DNA of 64,000 bases from positions 306-64,305 of the forward strand of contig CAZMPJ010000009.1 in the NCBI GenBank assembly GCA_964568455.1, written 5' to 3'. The stretch is from an uncultured bacterium. GTDB lineage: Bacteria; Margulisbacteria; WOR-1; O2-12-FULL-45-9. The notes beneath the pieces are model-generated. The model saw only the letters and a program-made list of their open reading frames with translations. It did not search any database and was not told the DNA's origin. Made by a program: the position numbers and the translations under genes. Positions 46,801 to 50,623 of the stretch are shown here, in pieces (within the stretch, counting starts at the first letter, position 1; each line of letters starts with the position of its first letter).

Positions 46801-48024
46801 TTTTGCCTCATATTCTTCTTTATGAATTTTTAAATAAGCAATGGCAGCTTCAGGATCAAGCTTGCCAGCTTCGTCCATGAGTTTGGCTGTGTAGATTTTT
46901 TCTGTTTCTTGATCAAGCTTACTTTTCGGTGCTTTATCATAATATTCTTTAGCAAGTGCTTCGTCCTTTTTCCTATACTTAGGAGCTTTTTGGTAATATT
47001 TTTTTGCTTTTGTTTCTGCATCAACATATTCTTTTTCTTTTAAAAGGTGAGATATTTCGTATTCTTGCTTGATTTCTTCTTTTGAAGCAGAGGGCAATTT
47101 AGAATCAGTTTCCAGATACGCGATAACACCTTTAATGCCCTTTTCTGAAAAAATAAAAGCAATAATAATCCTTTCATACATTTCTCTGCTGATTTTCTTT
47201 TCGTAAAATTCTCTTTTGCTGTCAGCCTTGAAAACCTCTAATGCCTTGTCAAAGCCTTCAAGTTTTGCTAAAGAAGTAAGTTGATATTGCGCTTGGGCAG
47301 CTTCAAGCATTTTTTGTTTGCCTTCAAGCGTTTCTTTGGCTGATGATTTAAGCCGGACTGTTTGTTTTTTGCCATTAGAATCTGTATAAGTATACTTATA
47401 TATTTTCTTTTCTTTTTTGCCCTTTTTAATTATTTCCGGGGTAAGAGTTTCCTCTATGCGGGCCAGGGCTTTTTCATATTCATTTTGTTGTTGCAAAGAA
47501 GCTATTTCCAGCAGAAAGAGTTGAAATGCCGGGTCAATGCCTTTTTTCTTCAGCTTGTTCCAATTTTCAAAGATGTATTTTTGGGCATCAGCAATGCTAA
47601 GCTCTGAAATTATTTGGGTAAACGCATTATTGCGGATATAGCCTCTTACTTTTTTGGGGGTCGAGTCTTCGTCATCTGTAGTGTCTTCTATGCCAAGGTC
47701 AACCTTGCCAAAGTATTTATCGGCCTTTTCAAGGGCCTCTGTGTAGCGTCCGTCGCCAATGAGTTTGTTGATTTTTTCAAAGGCGGATTTTTTCTTGGTA
47801 GGGATTCTATCAGCTGCGCTGCGGATTTCCAGATCTTCTAATCCGTCTGAATCCAGCCCGTCAAGACCAGCCTCTTCTGAAGAATCTAGATCGTCCAATC
47901 CCTCAAGGCCTGGATCATCATCGTCAGGGATTGAGGCCTTAGGCCCTTTGACCGCTCCTTGTATTAAAAATGATGCTAATTTTTCTATGCCCATTTTACT
48001 TCTTTTTACCTGTTTTAAAAACAA
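31798..48024 (-). CDS. Giant multidomain protein (5,408 aa): acidic N-terminus, at least nine ~100-aa helical repeats, SecA-like SF2 ATPase motor, Gly/Ala-rich hydrophobic region, Cys-rich C-terminus
   Basis: Uninterrupted 16,227-nt ORF. The track start is TTG at 48024; an ATG ('MGIEK') with an AAGAAG purine tract lies at 47994. SF2 motor motifs: 'LETGGGKT' (Walker A), 'AVIADEWDLYGIETAETTYTIAGP' (DEAD-like, collinear with SecA '[22 protein letters not shown]'), 'TYFSRGLDIQ' and 'QSIGRGARN' (motif VI), at about plus coordinates 37300-39200. The repeat module (consensus ~'A+.Y+K.H.EEYE..GV.V.FY....EIQ.L....+Y..A...IE..L') covers about 44100-47600. Confidence 0.85.
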   Translation of the reverse strand: MFLKQVKRSKMGIEKLASFLIQGAVKGPKASIPDDDDPGLEGLDDLDSSEEAGLDGLDSDGLEDLEIRSAADRIPTKKKSAFEKINKLIGDGRYTEALEKADKYFGKVDLGIEDTTDDEDSTPKKVRGYIRNNAFTQIISELSIADAQKYIFENWNKLKKKGIDPAFQLFLLEIASLQQQNEYEKALARIEETLTPEIIKKGKKEKKIYKYTYTDSNGKKQTVRLKSSAKETLEGKQKMLEAAQAQYQLTSLAKLEGFDKALEVFKADSKREFYEKKISREMYERIIIAFIFSEKGIKGVIAYLETDSKLPSASKEEIKQEYEISHLLKEKEYVDAETKAKKYYQKAPKYRKKDEALAKEYYDKAPKSKLDQETEKIYTAKLMDEAGKLDPEAAIAYLKIHKEEYEAKGVNVDFYITYFEIQGLLQDNKYAEAKDKIESLLEKGELENGARLTRSEVGMLKNVKKQVDEHDERVALAWQATLGFDDAETWLNKAKDQEDFDLIASFELQVLGWKELIEAKEYDIVEKQIKEILQPEDKEKTPETDPRKVSVLLNLLLNARMAKIKDAFKTAVEEKGFEAALKEFEANKEDHIKLIGEANYDKVIISVMMDEKGQGIEAVKKYIARDDVKARWEAKDIEEEMELFWQSQEIEALLKQEKFTKAEKLAKKYFHTEAGYEEGAYDSMMESIYGQKLIKKLEDMSLKQAKAYIKEHAEEYTKYDVNVYFYLLLIKIQELVANKQYSKAETILKDTLASGSFNTSLFLTGKETGKEITLKDNEVLRLAAQLAGLRAAGAKEDYVDIFVNAGLEKGWDTGIAELETNKAALVVLLGSNFRYQKFVEETKLAAKQTLEGIDATKAYIKANTKHLRELGIEPNDLLEKLDVEKSLEDEKFDEAIAKAKEYFQDKELDRMLEILHTQKTAKILEDLVTSEAKEYLETHQAELEAVQVDVNFQLFMLDIQSSFAKKEYNQVIKQLEIVLTNETYGKNYPLKSNSKRNIQLMLVRAKAMQIIEENAGKEEKAIQFVEDVLTGKIDLGFEIKGIEKELKQLKQTLIIQEKTQISAKTALEYLKANKTTIIIAFGGGKKGADSYQQQYLQLYIQDIQERKGFEEALAEANKPDFKEKYEKATTKKELDKYLTRLEFSKKLKDSVKEARAFVTERKDKLTSKELKYFEAQLEISELAEKGNVAYREILVLVEKKEAEYREAGVNVDAVKKQYEFQIVYSDQGSAKALEYLNNNMSDLKKAGMDVETLTFELELEVLLSEGSKEEGKVEAKFEELKSEKISDLFLKDLKQDSPEIYAELCQLLAANKLLEAAALIGSLQAQGKISQRVLAPAHSYIRYRRTAEEMQFVVTVEIHSPLDPFEKPEKIKAESIYFSYTGQGIDQESYIFNLQTMLMEVEDKNGIPYLSGIPGVTFKWGQMDEATINALYSFKNRKATQVTEKQLTQGPKRTKYDKTEKKPIALSWSETDEGSLLRAYAATWKGKQSLAHVFMYTKLGLAFHANKGLALETTNYLYQMAYYLEQRAEKPEEKAAYKRIREGLTGKGSLQNEDLVLFYRAALDDKNIDEAAITKQLQNNPKPEGLKRNKELPKVFKLKYTIKIDESEKYLDLTRALKETKIGQMLKAHAQRALADNENKLNQFNNVGFVLCLLLYLIKVDPENKVTYERIKDAYLNNKTISKEDLKTLSERIAKIDIYPELISQAFTDYQKTEIEIQGFAFVPTVRLVDGSFIPVDEKEAAKAVPTFAQLRNLPPGKLYGYKIYRLLALKKQWLQMGIPLASGDPGDTVLTPLTPADLLKAAEWMEKNKSNIRVHYPVYLDKELRTYLLSVEKSDALYDLAQKLLATDIREILKQEKAKLESKKEKTEQDKKRIRLLDKLLKNEDQLIRTIMMATQSGTERVQFDKDNALDEKDIAWLRSLEEKRKQEEKVYISAEEYALLKQRAKEIKDKHLALLVKSVRPDDAYSFNQEEIEDLRIMAKELKAEGHTTIDTKLLAKYMKLNPDNKGAKALWQRTQVVGLGAMEAQRKWYEMAPNMITTGLQAKPQRTNLVFLKRQWAKDNGLAKEAQKLRTQIDSLTKQIKEIKPDDPKLEELVYKRWLLQQELDSIINIIESDAVTKEFVEWFINSKYLQTDGVFDEATQWVISQGKDELYKEYYYDFITDQRMRKHNAHNLVIENAAAVFATLESDTIFSLDAVAEGDHNEDLLLSFKQALAASINLAITPEHIAEVAEEAGFAAEDDLSLEVKGLKLMAVNYYDTILRFQDPDAYYNYLFGDNPGLGVIMKHDIEILTKILPGSGIKNEQEELAKLETLLKNSAAFNDDGSLKEEHYTTLKHIGRKLNMAQGKEDVVGTKGKIIGEIESSEGILEYLIPPTDSDWREEFLFNLSQLPGDDWGTKILNQVINSNTGGEVAMKLIFQQVMFRFFMYKWIYVDLSKEVIDQLINGEGWDKLSGTKYLFHIFFWRSMAFIWYREFFEEVKQGHFGNALAIWYAINYLTMMGGQRSIWSNTMAFDAQVAGALNKFPLGRKMLQYLHKKAPNFMRRFAKHGALSRPISALQDLFRDFSGKPFDSTTHSRIREAGLIRFVIESINNATLNRKLDSETGKETTGSKWRRGIGQFFKGTLISPWLVVDHEARTALHEGGRLGRSLARVWTWPMDYAFGIADHTVDLTIRFGIKGAINATKRALSDKEKQHKAFNSHDINPTDTLAEIGLSNGKLKNTGAGEASRNKSLTREVEKAKKGEGQLAEILHYDPARKGFFIEWNGNWVEITKVRVIEGAEPGYIVERPYGATDADCKIWLVLPKDYNAQILKDLKEKARTNGQTKPESTTKLPTLTNQPLDATENQRHLDEVKPSSLAARQQGIELADSYQDKPAEFWTDYRTAANQYRNGEIGSLEMSKWTIAAARFATEERNKKGEIKKPGKTVRLVQQQSTEILAAPGNHLIHLETGGGKTLIDVLTAVQLSAHYNKVYIFTTGDPLVEQMAKDPLMRLLTGAGLKVGFLYSKNPDTGKSYTPQERQRVYDTCNVVVVDVSSHAFDLGGGEVKVPRGAVIADEWDLYGIETAETTYTIAGPKGETQNMWVDTVTMARTKNKWKHAHKVFQQVINNPLCFNQKTGEYTEAGIRFIEQGMKKYGGYDAFAQMQFEALKQAYQLYREKEYEGVEKRLSHQTKFKVKGKKEKEKTIIVDGEERTIKIVTAKSIVPLEESGDESPDKRFGNGLDEALRLVYGLPIERETMTVADIDIRKVFLHHRKVVGLSGSLAASHEVITHAYADLGFRVVEIPPYIPRAELHFGTDKAKVTAKLEQLALAAEETLELKDTGAHTKDIVGKIYVYGFSAAEAKQIWKQEILPKHPKLQGKKLSVVRRDRTFIFDATARRQAAAEEAVATAKSNRPVFIVLETPEQFKEYVEELGQREGVLIQTFTGEDYGENKAEIERLKGLVRQHGSYKLGNYEFKVKRGKLVAYEKGQRVKGSAQEIIREAKITQAGHAGTVTVTYFSRGLDIQVQAGITEAIARAGEASLVKGGAETNFTEGGLHVISAGAKTEAKILQSIGRGARNYFPGTSSVYTGDGDAVFNQLNEKIEKPALKAAAEAAGGEDKPVNLYDPNNKAINYFVNEAFRREYQRNFESMQRLFDRAALKYDSLATISDLSANLSDFNTFYRLAIESYLDLLLKEVGIETDADLKDETKLTELERKLNETTKGRKVTISRKIPSRAALIKALGEKLFNSFKLTTTEGSLDSFSNREFEYRDEGGQVRKLSQRELELRELVGEHYALVVDGMNAIQNLQLDNQSDDFKKKEMANLGKRATASLLEKLWKRMFPGFSAHHLRHDISITEIDLENAQRETKTQTETEIKVKVAKAKIPLSGKVKIKGEVYTYKADSSGKFWCYDAKTKTVGHLVFNSQGKASFIKLGSNASHAVAEPVSALILQVTDLVKTRQRKVDAIEPDKDAPTTHLDSAAFERANRNKNTLLKFDSLDCLKDVPVERFAELTGKEVKLLRKLARYNGKKAIKHKDYLAAEKILREKLGVDPAKFIEGRKLLRLGYYFDHNIVDFETLKGLFEGKLLKADVEVLWRQMFRFGRSNKDAYRNYFAIDLGFETSQVDQVKQIGAKKVNLDAQNDKKAHENFLNYLENADTTFIDTPTELAKQILSLEARIKYFRHSRHGASRMKKHKVTEADLTTWEARISELKSLIEVSSALDLTPQERRILLEAKEKSSSNITFQELAKLAVDIRLNNLEAQPATTETNQDIFKLKHLRNRLVSGSISQVDTLTEMSKLKSRAIQEKALTEAAEVEAKKPTKGTKIMTETTFMFLEGVDLRLVDRVKAGDIALMNLLRANGAIEVKIERKGGKEYSVEVINAQRAEEILAKVEKSEIDGLRGSAADKAAFMDGQKALIELAKQLQLNNPHLNIDFAIQYLLGEADKGKSLELKLEIPLLANVSKKDQTKALQLIETMSTLEKAQIVAEEKAKGGNWQKRAKERIDKLADIEGLKKRATERVLEKYHGVFTEAQLMETPEGRAEVKATMEGMFIEEAISRWEGLGLKPTYTKFLRRVFGKGSGNGGRFKRIKQHPVFSSPYSPAREMLLGAVADPLAKIAASLLSGKGMPSADEIQTAAGQGMLHWGVFGAKRGMFMYTAGISEGQAIHRVMLIDVAKGIAVAKPGEEGHAAFGSVTSLGALIFTMKYLQGSPVMLRMVDKVKFAKHLPLLIAMVAAELAGEMGEEFWGEYKDTGLGKSITFVAQGLKPFAVAMSPTSTLLHSTLLSENGAVKPGTATAWALDTTATLIDIVILTKVTYPMLMAGGTLMTTLDGAAAYETFLGASAATAPETLGASLVVAALVCWVTFLVEAELQAGIPWNQYDPEALKIAEKYIHEPRIKTMAIRALGASKSLGRLIKDKKDIILSPAQFWTSPLLMIELIFTLAKLGYINPKSEAVKTLTLNGKVKSLEDASPEEMQEIVRAYHEYFGTFLIPYIKDHETGEIGIDVIDVDGFPVRILSEEEANTMGLNGPANGEIKGYSVGGTNGGALTQADARLIHSRRKKTVRSIMQGLTYFRKGSKHEKPQQKPLELYFELWQKIQETYPSFNAAIPDLLLKYYEAKLDKLFSNDQEKAVDNHIAAIRDFTKNQGIETLKDLSDKLAKAEETKDKITAKIKSLEELEKELESLEIITGEERGVYYLVSKDKEPIVSVIVAYQEVVPGQGTLFIKIGGMEEPILVPINGPEEINPSYIQTIVINQFKTKINKSKTEFKQYLDNNNKYIESLELVKSLVEHSNKCAPEVTIDTVLKNYRAHLLKPLFEERRKLCDLLNIPHNQRPTARQLLDLSGIYTKVGERNILHPDLIPDDFAKWAAIYLNAGIIPCENCDKKPARFYTNKDVLDWVTASKLLLMQEEEKRGECIEH

Positions 48025-48027
48025 AAA

Positions 48028-48056
48028 AGACCATGCCTGTTAGCATATGGTCTTTT
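48028..48056. terminator. Bidirectional intrinsic-terminator-like hairpin (AAAAAAGACCAT-GCCTGTTAGCAT-ATGGTCTTTTT)
   Basis: 7-bp GC-containing stem AGACCAT/ATGGTCT flanked by an A-run and a T-run. It lies between the 313-aa gene and the giant gene start. Confidence 0.45.
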
Positions 48057-48159
48057 TAAAAATATAAGAGTCGATTAAATAACAGGCAATTTATATCGCT
48101 CTTGTTCCTACACTATATATATCGGGTTAACTAGGGGATTTCTTGCATGATTTTTGGGG

Positions 48160-48222
48160 AAAATTGAGGCTGGTACTAGGTCAGTAGAGGCTGGTTAAGA
48201 GGCTGGATGCTGGTGATGGGAT
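48160..48222. repeat. ~60-bp repeat, copy 1 (AAATTGAGGCTGGTACTAGGTCAGTAGAGGCTGGTTAAGAGGCTGGATGCTGGTGATGGG)
   Basis: About 80% identical to 50401..50461. It lies about 140-200 bp upstream of the giant gene start on the coding side and overlaps the last codons of the 313-aa ORF. Confidence 0.7.
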
Positions 48223-49136
48223 GCTGGTAAAACAGCCAAAACCTGCTTTTTCTGTTTTGAGGAAATTGCGGTAATTTGCGGAATTGGCTCCCATTGGATG
48301 AACTTAATGCTATCTGGCCTTGATTCTTTTAATTCTTCGAATCTAATTGCGGCCAAAGATATGATTGGCCCTACATCGACGTCGTCCATGCCTTTTAAGG
48401 TGTTTAGAACTTCTTCGCTATTCTGGAATTCAAAAGGGATGTTTTTTTCTGCCAAGGCTAAAGCCATTAACGCCGCAGTTGGGCGCCACCCAAGTGAATC
48501 AACCCATAAAATATAATTCCAGCCTTTTTCTCTGTTGTAATGGGGCGCAAGCATGATTCCCAGGGGAAGTCCGGGAACGATTTCCCAGGGATGGCAGCCT
48601 GACCATTGTTTCCCATGATACCACTTTTCAAACGCCGCAGGGTCATTTTGAGCCAGGTCTAATAAGCCCCCGTGCCGGCCATCCGCTCTTTTTTGATATT
48701 TTTCCAAAGGAGAAAAAGGATGTAATTCTTTAAACACTGCATTGTAAGCTGTAGCTGCTGTGTCAAGATACATAGAAAGTGTCATTTTTTTCAGGTAAGG
48801 TAGTTTTCTGGATTTTTCCAGCATTTTTTCAATATGCGAAATCTTTCTCACGGGAAGGATGCTCTTCATCCCTTTTTTCCATGTGTAATGACCCCAACCT
48901 TGTTCAAATTTTACTTCATCATTGCCAACCTGCCAGGAGAGGTTGTAGTCGGTTCCTTCTATCATTAGCTGGCAATAAAGACGGCCGGCGTATAATGTAA
49001 AACTGGATGGATACCAGTGACGGGGTTGGGGGATAAAATAGGGCCCAGGCCAGATAATGTCATATTTATCCTGAATAGGTTCTGTTTGCAAAAGCAACTT
49101 AAAAACCTTCTTAATAATAGCTGCGGTTTTTTTCAT
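48195..49136 (-). CDS. Hypothetical protein (313 aa), island-specific
   Basis: ORF with reasonable codon usage and no recognisable motif. The C-terminal ~10 codons are encoded by the 60-bp repeat, so the 3' boundary is uncertain. Confidence 0.45.
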   Translation of the reverse strand: MKKTAAIIKKVFKLLLQTEPIQDKYDIIWPGPYFIPQPRHWYPSSFTLYAGRLYCQLMIEGTDYNLSWQVGNDEVKFEQGWGHYTWKKGMKSILPVRKISHIEKMLEKSRKLPYLKKMTLSMYLDTAATAYNAVFKELHPFSPLEKYQKRADGRHGGLLDLAQNDPAAFEKWYHGKQWSGCHPWEIVPGLPLGIMLAPHYNREKGWNYILWVDSLGWRPTAALMALALAEKNIPFEFQNSEEVLNTLKGMDDVDVGPIISLAAIRFEELKESRPDSIKFIQWEPIPQITAISSKQKKQVLAVLPASHHQHPAS

Positions 49137-49203
49137 TTTTTATGTACTCCAATTATGCCGTGTAAAATTGGAATGCCAACACCAAAAACCCCAAAGGCTA
49201 CGG

Positions 49204-50358
49204 TTAGATAATTTTACCTTGCCATAGCTTTTCACAAAATGTGCGCCAGGGGAAAATCTCAATGCCGTCTTGTGTTATTCGGGTCTTTTTATCCAGGCTG
49301 ACAATGATTAATCGGTCAACTTTCTGGTCATCTTTCAGAGCCTTTAGGCCTTTTAAATGACGATTGTCAACAGATGGAGTGGCCTTAAACTCGATTGCCA
49401 ATTCCATATTGCCAACGATAAGATCAACTTCCATTCCAGTGCTTGTTTTCCAATAGGCAAGAGAAAGGTTTTTTTCTTTATAAGACAAAAAAGCTCTGAT
49501 TTCCTCAATCATAAAATGCTCAAAATATTGCCCAAATTCTTCGGTCCCAGATTGAATCTTGCGGAAACCAGATAAGGCCCTTACCACACCGGGATCAAAA
49601 AGGTAGAATTTTGCTGTTTCAATCAGCCGGCGTTTTTTCCTTTTTTTCCAGGGTTGAAGTTCATGGCCTAATAAAGTATCTTTCAGAATCTGATAATATT
49701 CCCGCACCGTTTTAGGCGAGACCCCGCAGTCTCTAGCGATATTAGCATAATTAATAAGCTGGCCATGGGTTAATGATACTGCGTCAAGAAAACGCGCAAA
49801 AGAAGGGATATTTCTAACCAATGCTTCTGCTCTGATTTCTTCTTCAAGATAATCAAAAACATAACTTTTTAGGCTGCGGTCTACTTTTTCCTCTAAATAA
49901 TGTTTTGGGATAAGTCCATGATTTAATATTCTTAAAAGATCAGCGTTGCCGATTTCTTTTGTGGTTAAAGGAAAAAGCTCAAAGCGCCAGGCACGCCCAC
50001 CGAGCAGATTAGCCGAGCCCCTTTTTAGTTTGCGGGCGCTGGAGCCGCACATGATAAATTTGGTTTTTGTGTTTTCCAGGCACCAGTGAATTTCATCCAT
50101 GAGGGCTGGCACCTTTTGTACTTCATCAATAATTACCAGCGCTGGTTTTTGTGCTAAAACCTCTTCTCTTAAAATTGAAGGCTTTAGTGTTAGCTGGGTT
50201 TTAAGCTCGGAGTTTAACAGATCATAATATTTTGCCTGGGGAAATTTTTGGTGGAGCAAGGTAGTTTTGCCAACTTTACGTGGCCCCCACAAAAAAGCCG
50301 CATTATTGCCTTCCAGATCGATTTCTAGTATTCTTTGGTATTCGGATAATATGGACAT
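49204..50358 (-). CDS. AAA+ ATPase of the AAA_14/DUF4143 family (second copy)
   Basis: Walker A 'GPRKVGKTTLL', Walker B 'LVIIDEVQ', DUF4143-like C-terminus; paralogous to 30412..31689. Confidence 0.75.
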   Translation of the reverse strand: MSILSEYQRILEIDLEGNNAAFLWGPRKVGKTTLLHQKFPQAKYYDLLNSELKTQLTLKPSILREEVLAQKPALVIIDEVQKVPALMDEIHWCLENTKTKFIMCGSSARKLKRGSANLLGGRAWRFELFPLTTKEIGNADLLRILNHGLIPKHYLEEKVDRSLKSYVFDYLEEEIRAEALVRNIPSFARFLDAVSLTHGQLINYANIARDCGVSPKTVREYYQILKDTLLGHELQPWKKRKKRRLIETAKFYLFDPGVVRALSGFRKIQSGTEEFGQYFEHFMIEEIRAFLSYKEKNLSLAYWKTSTGMEVDLIVGNMELAIEFKATPSVDNRHLKGLKALKDDQKVDRLIIVSLDKKTRITQDGIEIFPWRTFCEKLWQGKII

Positions 50359-50400
50359 GACTCCATATAGTCTAGATTATGTGGAGTTGGATGTCAAGTC

Positions 50401-50461
50401 TAAATTGGGAAACTGGTACTAGGTCTATAGAAGCTAGTTAGGAAGATGGATGCTAGTGATT
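50401..50461. repeat. ~60-bp repeat, copy 2 (AAATTGGGAAACTGGTACTAGGTCTATAGAAGCTAGTTAGGAAGATGGATGCTAGTGATTAG)
   Basis: Aligns with 48160..48222. It lies about 45-105 bp upstream of the start of the ATPase gene 49204..50358. Confidence 0.7.
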
Positions 50462-50623
50462 AGAGTAGATTGGGGCGATTTGAGATTTCCTCATTCGAGG
50501 CCAGCGATTCGGGTTGATTCGCGGCCCAAAAATTCGTGATAACAAAAAAGGAGCGGGCTACAACATGCCTGTTAAATGCTGTTCCCACTCCTTTTTTGCG
50601 CAGGCGGATTAAATGCCACTCCG

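Noticed and set aside
32000-47900. Numerous 60-130-aa ORFs on the plus strand inside the giant gene (e.g. 33800-34069, 34952-35206, 36313-36573, 38584-38841, 41503-41748, 47362-47607)
   Set aside because: They are antisense to one continuous 16-kb ORF, low-complexity, and have no RBS context. They are frame shadows.
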